A DNA stretch of 64,000 nucleotides, taken from assembly GCA_963693365.1 (NCBI GenBank), contig CAVNZM010000001.1, positions 2,062,907 through 2,126,906 on the forward strand, read 5' to 3'. Source of the stretch: Amoebidium appalachense. Taxonomy: Eukaryota > Protista > Ichthyosporea. Both the position numbers and the translations under genes were made by a program. The notes beneath the pieces are model-generated. The model worked only from the letters and a program-made list of their open reading frames with translations. It had not been told where the DNA came from and ran no database searches. Below are positions 11,615 through 26,762 of this stretch, piece by piece (position 1 is the stretch's first letter; each line of letters begins with the position of its first letter).

Positions 11615-11992
11615 GTGCTCGGGCACATTCCCCTGCACAGGGCCCCGCTGCCCTCCCTGCCAACCCTCACTCGGGCCCAGCTGCCCTACTCTAACCCCCC
11701 GGGGCCCTGCTGCCCCCCCCCCCCCCCCCTCCCCCCCCCCCGCTGCCGGGATCTCCCCGAGGGTGCCCCACCCTTGCTAACCACCCCTTTCCCCCGAGGC
11801 TCAGACCCGGAGGCCCGCCCGCTGCCCCAGCACCACATTGACACCTCCCGCCTCCGGGAACTGCTGGCCTCCTACCCAGACCAATCATTCGCCGCACAAC
11901 TCCTCCACGATGTCGAATTCGGTGTCGACATCGGCTATCGCGGCCCCCTCCACCTCCCGGGTGGGCCCCAACCTACTGTCATCTTCACTTGA
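11615..11992 (+). pseudogene. Truncated N-terminus of DIRS/Ngaro RT ORF
   Basis: LRELLASYPDQSFAAQLLHDVEFGVDIGYRGP resembles the pre-RT motif of this group; sequence turns AT-rich after about 11980. Confidence 0.68.
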
Positions 11993-12875
11993 TTCTCAGC
12001 AAGACTTAGAAGTTGAGTTTTGTATTTGTTTATTAGTTGTTGTAGTTTGTTTCCTTTCCTTTCTTCATTTCTTTCTTTCCTTTCTGTTTCCGTGTACACG
12101 ACATCTTAGATCTGTGTATGTATCGACATACTTAGCTCGCGCACACGTATTGTCGTTTGTGTCAAAATCTATATATGTCATCCAATCACATCTCGTTTGT
12201 ATTTTCCCAAATATAGTAACTTACATTCCTTTCTCATTCCTTTCCCACGACGTAGCATTGTGCTATGTTCTCCAACTATTAGGAATAATTATATTTAGAC
12301 GTGTTATGATAAGAACATGTATAAATGTATGTTATGAATTAATAGTTACATAAGTGGTTTCATCTTGTTAAATGTTTCCGTGCTTTTGTTAGAAGTTTCT
12401 TTCATTAGAGGATTGAGTTTTATATTCTATGTGTCGACATGACATTTTAATCGATATATTTTACACTCATAGTTTTCGTTCTTTTGATTGGTTTATCGTT
12501 TCACATTCCCAAGTATAAAAGGGACTTCATCTTGGAATAAATCTTAAGCAGTCGTATTCATTTCCTATGGTTCCAGAAATCGTTCCACGTTCCAAGCAAA
12601 AACAGCACTTCTGTGTTTAGCACCTACAGCTTTACAGCTATATTTTCTTTTCACCCACCCACCTACACCCTACACTCAACCCCCATTGATCCCCACATAC
12701 GTGCTGTTTTTTCACGGGGCGAAGACTTCCCCCGTTTTTTGGGCACAAGGACCTCACGGATCAATAAATTGATGACTGGGGGCTGGCCGTGGTTTACAAC
12801 CATTGCAGGTTCACTTTCGTCCAAGGGGATGTCCCCCTAGAGGCAACACACGTCCCGGAGTCGTTTTTCATAGAA

Positions 12876-13157
12876 GCCCGGCAACACATGAAAACTAAAG
12901 TAAATTAATGAAGTCTAAACACACATGTTATTCTAAGTGTAGCCTAAGTGTGTTACCGTCCAATGAACACGTATTAAGTAACACAAATCTACCTAACATA
13001 TATTAGTAGAAAAGAAATACGATTATACACATGAAGACAAGGAGAGAAAGAAAAGAAAATAAGGAAGGAGAAAGAGAAAGGAAAAGAGAGCACAGATCAA
13101 CAAACAAGATAGTAATAGCATAACTATAACCAGAGATATTTATGTACACACAAACAT
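12876..13157 (-). repeat. LTR-A internal fragment
   Basis: Reverse complement of LTR-A middle region. Confidence 0.85.
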
Positions 13158-15068
<1,911 letters not shown>

Positions 15069-15789
15069 TCCCCACTCAAGGGGTTGAAGTTTGTGTTCTC
15101 GTGTCTGTTGATGTGACGGTAGATGAGGTCCAAACACAGGAGGGGCCGTCACACTCAAGTTTCCCCACTCGAGGATGCAAACCGAAGATCCTTGAGGTGG
15201 GAAGGAGAGAATCAAAACTGAAGAGGCACACAACGACGGTTGCCTCGGAAGACTCGGAACAATAAATCATGGTGGTTATCATCGATATATTATATATATA
15301 TAGAGGAAACACTAGTGTATGTGTGACGTGTTGGTGGCTAATGTTTTATACTGGGGACCACCCAGGTAAACACAAGGCATGAACATCTTGTGGACTGATT
15401 TATAGACTGGTTGTCAACCAGTTAAGGCACGGGGAAGGTGCATCCTGTGGACTAGGTTTAGACTGGCAGTCAACCAGCTCGCAAGGCTATAGATAATTAT
15501 TTATACTGGGTCGCCATCCCAGTTCGACATATATATAAAGTCGAATATAGAAGAAAACCAATATATATGGTGGAATATGAATATAAATAAACGACGGATG
15601 GTGGAGAATAATCCCCACTGAAGATGCACACACATGACGATGTAAGACAGAGTCCGCACTGATGGAGAGAAACAATGAGGAGTAGTGGACTTTCGTTGGG
15701 AGGCATCTTGAGCACCGTAGGTGTGTCAACTGCTGTCCAGGGCCCCAACCTACTCAGAAACCACTCGATGATGAACACCAGTGCACGGG

Positions 15790-18148
15790 TTAGTCACGGA
15801 GACTGAGGTTGGCACGGTGTGTGTTGTGGGCCGGACCAGCCAGAGGCTTGGTGAAGATGTCGGCCAGGTTCTTCTTGGTGTCGATGTAGGTGACAGTGAC
15901 GTCCCCACTGGTGATGTAGTCCTTGGTGTTGAAGTAACGAACGGCAATGTGCTTGGTCCGGTGCTTGATGGTTTTGGAGTGGACCAGAGCAATGGTGGAC
16001 TGATTGTCACAGTACACGGGGGTGGGCTCGGTCATGGGGTAGCCCAGCTCCTTTAGTAGATCACGGTGCCAGACAACATCTTGCACGGCAGCATTGAGGG
16101 CCAGGAGCTCGGCCTCACAGGTGGATGTTGCAGTGATCGTCTGCAGCTTGGAGTGGTAGGTGACGGGGGTGCCTTCGAGGAGGATGACGTACCCAGACGT
16201 GGAACGACGGGTGGTGGGGCAACCAGCAAAGTCAGAATCCGAGTAGCACTCAAGGATGGGCACCTTGTTGTTGGGGGCCTTCTTCTTGTAGTAGAGGCCG
16301 AGGTTGATGGTGCCGAGCAGGTAACGAACGACACGGAGGAGAAGCTCCCAGGCAGTCTTGGTGGGCTCGGAGCTGAATCGGCCGAGGTAGCCAATGGCAT
16401 ACGAGATGTCAGGCCGGGAGCACCGAGCAACCCACAGCAGACGGCCGAGGAGTTCACGGTAGGGGACGGTGGTGGGCAGGGAGGAGGGGAGGACTCGTTG
16501 ATGATGGTGCCCACGGGAATAGGGGTGGCCTTAGGCTTGGCATCGACCATGTTGAAGTCGGTGTTGATGTCCTTGATGTAGGAGGACTGCAGCAGCTTGA
16601 GGGAGTCACGGGTGTACTGCAGTTGGGTGCCGAGGAAGATGTCTGGCAGACCGACCTTGCACTCGGCAGACTTCGTGATGTGACGAACAAGCTCCTGCAT
16701 GATGGTGGAGTGCCGTGTGCAGGTGATGATGGCATCATCAACGTAGTTGCCCGAACGGATGATGTGCCCGTTGGGGAACCGACGGAAGTAGACACACGGA
16801 TCGGAACGGAGACGGGGGAGGCCGTGGGCAATGAGAATGGAGTTGAAGATCTCGTACCATGCCAGGGATGCCTGCTTGAGTCCGTAGATGGCCTTCTTGA
16901 GTTTCCAGACTTTGTGTTTATTGCCAGGGAGGATAAAACCAGGAGGTTGCTCCATGTACAAAGTCTCGTCGAGGGGGCTGTTGAGGAAGGCCGTGCTGAT
17001 GTCGAGTTGATGGATCTCGTGGTCCTGTTGCACACCGAGGGCAAGCAGGGCACGGACGGAGGAGGACATGACGACGGGGGAAGAGTTGTCACCGTAGTCA
17101 ACACCGTAGACTTGGGTGAAACCCTTGGCCACACCACGACCCTTGATCTTGGTGTCACCAGCAGAGTTGAGGACCTTCTCCGTGACAATCCACTTGAATC
17201 GGATGATGTTGGCATCGGAGGGGGGCTCAACTACGTCGAAGATGTCCTTGTCGATGAAAGCCTTGTACTCGGCAGTGAGGGCAGTCACCACTTCAACACC
17301 CTTGGTGCCGGAGCACAGCTTCTGAATTGACCGGGGCAGCTGAGACACATCAAGGCTGGGTCGGGAGATGCTCACCATAGCCATGGCAGGCCGGGAGGAG
17401 AGACGGGAGGAACGACGGGGGACGGTACGGAGGGGCTCAGGGGCCGGGGGGGTGGCTGGAACAGACACTCGGTGGTCGGGGATGGGGGCCTGGAAGCCAG
17501 GAATGGGTGCCGTGTTGAGGGGGGAGTCGGATAACACGGGGCTGGACGGGGCCGAGTGGAACTCCGGAGACCCAGGACGAACCGGGGTGAGATGGCCAGG
17601 TACGTGGTCATTGACGGCAGGGGCCGGCAGCAGGGGTTGCTGGCCGGTGGGGGGGGGGGGGGGGGGGGGGTGGAGCCACGGGGGCAGGTACACGACGGGG
17701 GAACGACGGATAATCACCGACGGAATTTCATCGTCATCGGAATTGGAATTTCCGGAATGCAGGGATGGATCGATTGAGGTCGTCTGATTGGTGGCCTGCA
17801 CAGAAATCTGATTGGATGCCGTGGTGAATTGTGATTCGTCGAAGACGACATCGCGGTAGAGGTTGACCGTGTTGCCACGTAGATTCATGATCTTGTGGGC
17901 TTTGTTGGTGATATCCCAGCCCACGTAGGTGCCGAGTTTGACGGTAGAGGCCAACTTGTCTCGTTTGGATGCAGGGACGTGTACATAGGCTGGGCAGCCG
18001 AACACGTGCAGGTGGGAGATGTCAGGCTTGACACCGTAGAAAATTTCAAACGGTGTACGGCCATTGGCAGCTCTGGCCGGGGTCACGTTGATGATGTAGG
18101 CAGCATGCTTGAGAGCAGCTCCCCACAGCTTGGGGGAAAGGGAGTCGG
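15790..18148 (-). pseudogene. pol: Copia-B pol (IN-RT-RH), frameshifted near 16480
   Basis: ORFs 16053-18086 and 15790-16263 carry consecutive Copia motifs. Confidence 0.9.
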
Positions 18149-18527
18149 TGTTGTAATACGTAGTATTTACATATGGTAAGATCTTCTCAGTTTGTGTTAT
18201 GTTTCAGTTCATATGCTTAGTGTAAATGCCACACTCCTATTATGTAAAGTGTAGCATCGATCTCCGATATGCTTGTATACTTGTAATCGTGTTGTATCGG
18301 CTTTAATCGTGTATTGTAATATCGATTAGAATATTTATATGTGTGTACACGGATCCACCCACTCAGGGAGAGACGTGTACATGTTCGTGTGTACATAAAT
18401 ATCTCTGGTTATAGTTATGCTATTACTATCTTGTTTGTTGATCTGTGCTCTCTTTTCCTTCCTCTTTCTCCTTCCTTATTTTCTTTTCTTTCTCTGCTTA
18501 CATCCCAAATACTTATAGAAATTAACA
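18149..18527 (+). repeat. Internally deleted solo LTR-A (379 bp) with TSD GTCGG
   Basis: GTCGG on both sides; deletion joins at a TCTCT microhomology. Confidence 0.92.
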
Positions 18528-18990
18528 GTCGGCCTTGTCCTGGTGAAGGAAGCACCGAACGATCTCCTGCAGATCCCTCATCTTACGTTCAACGAAGCCG
18601 TTGAGTTGGGGGCAGTCAACCGGGGCAAATTCCTGAATGGTGCCCTTGGACTGGCAGTACTGCTCCATATCATGGAAGGTGAACTCGGACCCAGAGTCTG
18701 AACGGAAGTGGGTCACCACCTTGTCGGGTTGCTTGTCAGTAGTCTCAACCAGGGCCTTGACGTATTCGAGAGTTTCGGATCGATCACGGAGGAGGTACAC
18801 GATGGTGTAGCCGAAGGCATCACAGGTACACACGAGGGCCACCTTGTAGCCACCATAGGAGGCACAGGGAGGCTCGAAGAAGTCCATGTGCCACTTGGCA
18901 CCGGGGAAGGGGCACTGGCCTCTGGTGCCGGAGAATGGGGCCTTGGTGGTCTTGCCGGAAACACAACCGAAGCAGTCAGTGGTGTCAGCC

Positions 18991-19915
18991 TGTTGTAATA
19001 CGTAGTATTTACATATGGTAAGATCTTCTCAGTTTGTGTTATGTTTCAGTTCATATGCTTAGTGTAAAAGCTACACTCCTATTACGTAAAGTGTGGCATC
19101 GATCTCCGATATGCTTGTATACTTGTAATCGTCTTGTATCGGCTTTAATCGTGTGTTGTAATATCGATTAGAATATTTATATGTGTGTACATGGATCCAC
19201 CCACTCAGGGGGAGACGTGTACATGTTCGTGTGTACATAAATATCTCTGGTTATAGTTATGACATTGCTATCTTGTTTGTTGATCTGTGCTCTCTTTTCC
19301 TTCCTCTTTCTCCTTCCTTATTTTCTTTTCTTTCTCTCTTTGTCTTCATGTGTATAATCGTATTTCTTTTCTACTAATATATGTTAGGTAGATTTGTGTT
19401 ACTTAATACGTGTTCATTGGACGGTAACACACTTAGGCTACACTTAGAATAGCATGTGTGTTTAGACTTCATTAATTTACTTTAGTTTTCATGTGTTGCC
19501 GGGCTTTAACCAATCATCAAGGTTAAGTGTGATATGTCTGAGTCTTTGCAGTATGTCATAGGTTAGAATTTCCTTGATGATGACACGAGTTGACCTTAAC
19601 TAGTGTCTGTGTCCTATCGTGTGCGTCTCCGCGTACCGGATCTCTCTGAAAGCAATTGGTTCTTAGTGATTGGTTTCTATTAGAGATAGATCTGATTTCC
19701 GACTGGTCGGAAATCATGTATGGATTGGACTTAGAGGAATTTCAGGTATTTATTCGAAGATCAGAATAAATTCAGTTCAGTCGTGTCTAAACATTGATGT
19801 CTGTTGTGTACACTGCTCCGATCGTTCCGTGTTTTGTTGTTGTGTGTGTCTGTGGTGTTTTTACACTGCACCACTGTGTCTCTGCTTTCATTTCAAATAC
19901 TTATACAATTTAACA
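18991..19915 (+). repeat. LTR-A
   Basis: 925 bp TG...CA. Confidence 0.95.
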
Positions 19916-20479
19916 GAGGTCGTCTCTGGTGGTGAGTTCATTGAAGAACTTCTCAGCTAGACGAGTGAAGTGAATGGACTCATCTTGGAGGGACTGGAGC
20001 TGGTTCACGATGGTCTGCAGACGACTCAGGTAGGTGGTGAATGATTCACCGGGCTGAAGGGCACAGGCATCCCACTGACGGTGAAGGATGCGGATCTGAT
20101 CGGGTTTGCCTTGGAGGTAGTGTTGACGGAATTTCCACATGGCCCGTTCAGGGTCCATGCCAATACGGTACTGGGCAACGGTGGTGAGGACGGAAGGGTC
20201 GATGTTCTGTATCATATGGAGCAGGAGGCAATTGCGGGCCTCCCTTTCCGCGGTAGTGCCGTAGCCATAGAAGGGGGGTTCACCGTCAACCGCGACGGTG
20301 GTAGGGGGGACGTAGTTGTCAGCAAGTACAACATCCACGAGTCGGACACCTTTAGTGCCGGTCATCATGCCGAGAAAAATGATTTCCCATTGAAAATAGG
20401 TGGTTTTGCTATTGGGACCAGTCTTCCCTTCACCTTTCCACATGGTGATTTTGTTTACGCCAGTTTTGTTTGGATCCAT
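19916..20479 (-). pseudogene. gag: Inverted 5' part of Copia-A gag
   Basis: MDPNKTGVNK...ELTTRDDL, continued on the plus strand at 21467. Confidence 0.88.
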
Positions 20480-20541
20480 GATTGAAAAACGAGCGCTAGT
20501 TCTAGATGTGTGTAGGGAGCGTGCAAAAGGGCTGCATAACC

Positions 20542-21466
20542 TGTTAAATTAAATAAGTATTTGGGATGAAAGCAGAGACACAGTGGTGCAGTGTGAAAAC
20601 ACCACAGACACACACAACAACAAAACACGGAACGATCGGAGCAGTGTACACAACAGACATCAATGTTTAGACACGACTGAACTGAATTTATTCTGATCTT
20701 CGAATAAATACCTGAAATTCCTCTAAGTCCAATCCATACATGATTTCCGACCAGTCGGAAATCAGATCTATCTCTAATAGAAACCAATCACTAAGAACCA
20801 ATTGCTTTCAGAGAGATCTGTTACGCGGAGACGTACACGATAGGATACAGACACTAGTTAAGATCAACTCGTGTCATCATCAAGGAAGTTCTAACCTATG
20901 ACACACTGCAAAGACTCAGACATATCACACTTAAGCTTGATGATTGGTTAAAGCCCGGCAACACATGAAAACTAAAGTAAATTAATGAAGTCTAAACACA
21001 CATGTTATTCTAAGTGTAGCCTAAGTGTGTTACCGTCCAATGAACACGTATTAAGTAACACAAATCTACCTAACATATACTAGTAGAAAAGAAATACGAT
21101 TATACACATGAAGACAAGGAGAGAAAGAAAAGAAAATAAGGAAGGAGAAAGAGGAAGGAAAAGAGAGCACAGATCAACAAACAAGATAGTAATAGCATAA
21201 CTATAACCAGAGATATTTATGTACACACGAACATGTACACGTCTCTCCCTGAGTGGGTGGATCCGTGTACACACATATAAATATTCTAATCGATATTACA
21301 ATACACGATTAATGCCGATACAACACGATTACAAGTATACAAGCATATCGGAGATCGATGCTACACTTTACATAATAGGAGTGTGGCATTTACACTAAGC
21401 ATATGAACTCAAACATAACACAAACTGAGAAGATCTTACCATATGTAAATACTACGTATTACAACA
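20542..21466 (-). repeat. LTR-A, antisense, carrying the PBS
   Basis: 925 bp; GGTTATGCAGCCC follows on the minus strand. Confidence 0.95.
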
Positions 21467-23974
21467 ACCTCACCCCTGAGTTCAACCGTCTTATCGAAGA
21501 CTATCACTTCGGTGATAAGCTATTCCCCGACTTCGAGTCCCTCCACAACCACGTCAAGGGCATCGAGTTACGTCAAGACCTCAAGATGCAACTCCGGAGC
21601 AACCGTGCCCACCGTGCCTCCAAGTCCGTTCAAAGGTGACCGTCCTCACTCCAACATCCCCGGTCATGAATGGCATTGGGATTTTTTTGAGCCTACCACA
21701 ACATCGTACGGATGTTCCAAGGTTGCTCTCGTCACTGTCTGCCGTGCCTCTGGACTCGTCAAGATCTACACGATGGCCGATCGTACCACCACCCTGGACA
21801 TTCTCACAGCTCACACCAACCTCGTTGCCACCCATGCCCCCTCCAAAGTTGGTGTCTACCACTTCGACTCCGGCTCTGAGTTCACCTCCAAGGCTACCCG
21901 TGCTTTTTGCCTCTCCCAGGGCATCAAGGCCAGCTATGCTCCGGTGGACTGCCCTCAACTGAACGGCTATGTTGAACGTCGTATGAGGTTCCTCCAAGAG
22001 ATTGTCCGTTGCCTCCTCCATCAAGTCCAAGATCAGTCTCTGTCCCCCAAACTGTGGGCTGAGGCTCTCCAACATGCCGCCTACATCATCAACGTCACCC
22101 CGTCCACGACTGCCAATGGTCGTACACCATTCGAAATTTTCTACGGTGTCAAGCCCGACATCTCCGAGCTCAAAGTGTTCGGTTGCCCTGCCTACACTCA
22201 CGTGCCAGCCTCTAAACGGAACAAGCTGGCCCCCACCGTCAAACTCGGCATGTATATCGGCTATGATCTTCAATCACACTGCCACCGGATCTTCAATCCC
22301 ACCACCCATCGTGTCGGCCTCTTCCGTGATGTGATTTTCGACGAATCAGCTTATCTCCCGTCCGACATTCCATCAACACTTCCGACCCCCGACACCACTG
22401 CTACCTCGACCACCCCACCCCCCACAGTTGACACTGAAGATGATGTTTGTCTGGTGTACTCTGGCCCCCCTCCTGCCATCGTCGTTCCCCCGACACCCCC
22501 CCCCACCGGCCCCCCTGCCCCCGTGCCCGTCCAGCCTGCCGACCCTCATCCTGCCCCTGGCAACGTCACACCCATCCGACCCGGCTCCCCCGACAACTTC
22601 CACTCGGCCCCGTCCAGCCCGGAGGTTGCCCCCCCCTGCAATTCCGAACTTCCAAGTTCCCCCCCCCCGTCTCCACCTCCCCCGGTTCCTGCACCCCGTC
22701 GTTCTGCCCGTCTACAGGGCAAGGTTGGATTTCAAGCCACCACCACCCTCCCAGTCCCCCCCGGTCCCCCCATCAACATCGACCAACTACCCAAACTTGT
22801 CCGTCAACTGTGTTCCGGACCCAATGGTGACCAGGTCAAGTCAGCCCTCACTGCTGAGTATCAAGCCTTCGTCGACAAAGACATCTTTGAACTTGTTGAC
22901 CCTCCCCCTGGTGCTAACATCGTCGGCTTCAAGTGGATTGTCTCCGAGAAAACTCTCAACTCGGCTGGTGACACCAAGATCAAGGCACGTGGTGTTGCTC
23001 AAGGCTTCAGTCAGCAATACGGTGTTGACTATGAGTTGATTGAGAGCCCTGTCATCCGTCCGGCTGCTCTCCGTGCTATCCTAGCTCTGGCCGTTGTTGA
23101 AGGTCATGACATCCATCAACTCGACGTGTCTACGGCCTTTCTCAACAGCCCACTCACCGAGACCATCTACATGAAACAACCCCCGGGATTCATCACCATG
23201 GCCACACTTGGCAAGGTCTGGAGACTCAAGAAAGCCCTGTACGGCCTCAAGTAAGCCTCCAAGGCTTGGTACGACTTCCTCGACGGCATTCTTCTTGCCC
23301 ATGGCCTGACCCGTACTAAGACCGATCCGTGCATCTACCTCCGGTTCTTCCCCAACAACGATGTGGTTCGGGCTGGTAACTACGTCGACGACTCCACCAT
23401 CACCAACACCCGGGGTTCTACTGCTGCCAGTGACCTGGCTGCCCACATCAGCAAGATCGCCAGCTGTCGTATGAGTCCATTTGACCGTATGCTCGGTGTT
23501 GATTTTAATCACTCTGATCCCCATCACCTCCACATGCACCAGAGGTCTTACATCATGGATATCATCCACGACTTCAACCTCACCGATGCCAAGTCCAAGT
23601 CTACCCCCATCCCTGCAGGCACCACCGTCTCCCTGGCTGACTGCCCCCCCCAACCGTTCACCGTGCCCTACCGTGAGTTACTCGGCCGTCTCCTCTGGGT
23701 GGCACGGTGCACCCGTCCCGACATTGCCTATGCCATCGGCTTCCTCGGTCGGTTCAGCACCAACCCCGGCAAGACTCACTGGGACCTTCTCCGTCGTGTG
23801 GCCCGGTACCTGCTCGGCACCATTGACCTTGGCATTGACTACAAGTACTCGGCCACCCAGTCCCCCATACTCGAATGCTACACAGATGCTGACTTTGCTG
23901 GTTGTGCCGACAGCAAGAAGTCTACCACCGGCTACATTATCGAGTTTGCTGGTATGCCCATCATCTGGTACTCC
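21467..23974 (+). pseudogene. pol: Copia-A gag remnant fused to IN-RT-RH
   Basis: Deletion at about 21627 removes NC/PR; TAA at 23252; RNase H cut at about 23974. Confidence 0.88.
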
Positions 23975-24158
23975 ACCCCCTTCCCCCCCCTCCCCCCCCC
24001 CCCCCCCCCCTCCCCCCCCCTTCTCCCCCCCCCCCCCCCCCCCCCCCCCGGGAAAAGTACAAACTTTAATTTTTTTTTCCGTTTCTGTTCTCAAGTGGGG
24101 AGATTTCACTAGTTCAGTGGGGATATGATAACACAAACTTCAAAGTCTTAAGTGGGGA

Positions 24159-25082
24159 TGTTGTAATACGTAGTATTTACATATGGTAAGATCTTCTCAG
24201 TTTGTGTTATGTTTCAGTTCATATGCTTAGTGTAAAAGGTACACTCCTATTACGTAAAGTGTAGCATCGATCTCCGATATGCTTGTATACTTGTAATCGT
24301 CTTGTATCGGCTTTAATCGTGTGTTGTAATATCGATTAGAATATTTATATGTGTGTACATGGATCCACCCACTCAGGGGGAGACGTGTACATGTTCGTGT
24401 GTACATAAATATCTCTGGTTATAGTTATGACATTGCTATCTTGTTTGTTGATCTGTGCTCTCTTTTCCTTCCTCTTTCTCCTTCCTTATTTTCTTTTCTT
24501 TCTCTCTTTGTCTTCATGTGTATATTGGATTTCTTTTCTACTAATATATGTTAGGTAGATTTGTGTTACTTAATACGTGTTCATTGGACGGTAACACACT
24601 TAGGCTACACTTAGAATAGCATGTGTGTTTAGACTTCATTAATTTACTTTAGTTTTCATGTGTTGCCGGGCTATAACCAATCATCAAGGTTAAGTGTGAT
24701 ATGTCTGAGTCTTTGCAGTATGTCATAGGTTAGAATTTCCTTGATGATGACACGAGTTGACCTTAACTAGTGTCTGTGTCCTATCGTGTGCGTCTCCGCG
24801 TACCGGATCTCTCTGAAAGCAATTGGTTCTTAGTGATTGGTTTCTATTAGAGATAGATCTCATTTCCGACTGGTCGGAAATCATGTATGGATTGGACTTA
24901 GAGGAATTTCAGGTATTTATTCGAAGATCAGAATAAATTCAGTTCAGTCGTGTCTAAACATTGATGTCTGTTGTGTACACTGCTCCGATCGTTCCGTGTT
25001 TTGTTGTTGTGTGTGTCTGTGGTGTTTTTACACTGCACCACTGTGTCTCTGCTTTCATTTCAAATACTTATACAATTTAACA
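24159..25082 (+). repeat. LTR-A, 3' LTR
   Basis: PPT upstream, TSD downstream. Confidence 0.95.
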
Positions 25083-26762
25083 CAGCCACTGAGAGGGATG
25101 AGGGGAGGCCTGTCACGAGGTCACCTCTCACCATCTTGGTGAGGGTGGACAGGGCACGATGGCCGAGACGGTGGTGCCATAGCTGAGGATCATTGTTGAC
25201 CTTGACGTTGGCTACCAGAGCAGTGACGGTCCGAGGGATGGAGGGACGTATTTCATAGTCGGTGATGAAGTACAGTCCATCTGTGCCTGTGAGGGAACAC
25301 ACGATGTTGCCACCACGAGTGTAGAGGTAGGATGGGAATTCATCCTCATCATCGAGGTGGGCAAGGAGACCCGACTTGGAGGCCATTGAGGGTGAAATCA
25401 GGAAGGCTGCGGAGTCGGGTACGTAGAGGGTGTTGAGGCTCAGTACTGATGTTACTCCGTTGTAGGTGACAGCCAGGTTGATGACACCACGGTGATGTGC
25501 AGTGACGATGCCGAGGCCGTGGACGTCAGTCGGGGGGCATGGCTCAATAGTAGAGATGTTAAATTATATAAGTATTTGGGATGAAAGCAGAGACACAGTG
25601 GTGCAGTGTGAAAACACCACAGACACACACAACAACAAAACACGGAACGATCGGAGCAGTGTACACAACAGACATCAATGTTTAGACACGACTAAACTCA
25701 ATTTATTCTGATCTTCGAATAAATACCTGAAATTCCTCTAAGTCTAATCCATACATGATTTCCGGCCAGTCGGAAATCAGATCTATCTCTAATAGAAACC
25801 AATCACTAAGAACCAATTGCTTTCAGAGAGATCTGGTACGCGGAGATGTACACGATAGGACACAGACACTAGTTAAGATCAACTCGTGTCATTATCAAGG
25901 AAGTTCTAACCTATGACACACTGCAAAGACTCAGACATATCACACTTAACCTTGATGATTGGTTAAAGCCCGGCAACACATGAGAACTAAAGTAAATTAA
26001 TGAAGTCTAAACACACATGTTATTCTAAGTGTAGCCTAAGTGTGTTACCGTCCAATGAACACGTATTAAGTAACACAAATCTACCTACATATATTAGTAG
26101 AAAAGAAATACGATTATACACATGAAGAAAAGGAGAGAAAGAAAAGAAAATAAGGAAGGAGAAAGAGGAAGGAAAAGAGAGCACAGATCAACAAACAAGA
26201 TAGTAATAGCATAACTATAACCAGAGATATTTATGTACACACAAACATGTACACGTCTCTCCCTGAGTGGGTGGATCCGTGTACACACATATAAATATTC
26301 TAATCGATATTACAATTGTTAATTTCTATAAGTATTTGGGATGTAAGCAGAGACACAGTGGTGCAGTGTGAAAACACCACAGACACACACAACAACAAAA
26401 CACGGAACGATCGGAGCAGTGTACACAACAGACATCAATGTTTAGACACGACTGAACTGAATTTATTCTGATCTTCGAATAAATACCTGAAATTCCTCTA
26501 AGTCCAATCCATACATGATTTCCGACCAGTCGGAAATCAGATCCATCTCTAATAGAAACCAATCACTAAGAACCAATTGCTTTCAGAGAGATCCGGTACG
26601 CGGAGGCGTACACGATAGGACACAGACACTAGTTAGGATCAACTCGTGTCATCATCAAGGAAGTTCTAACCTATGACATACTGCAAAGACTCAGACATAT
26701 CACACTTAACCTTGATGATTGGACGGAACAAGCTGGCCCCCACCGTCAAACTCGGCATGTAC

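Larger units (their letters stand above)
18991..25082 (+). mobile_element. Rearranged Copia-A element with TSD CAGCC (internal inversion, two deletions, premature stop)
   Basis: LTRs 18991-19915 and 24159-25082 share private variants; CAGCC at 18986-18990 and 25083-25087. Confidence 0.92.
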
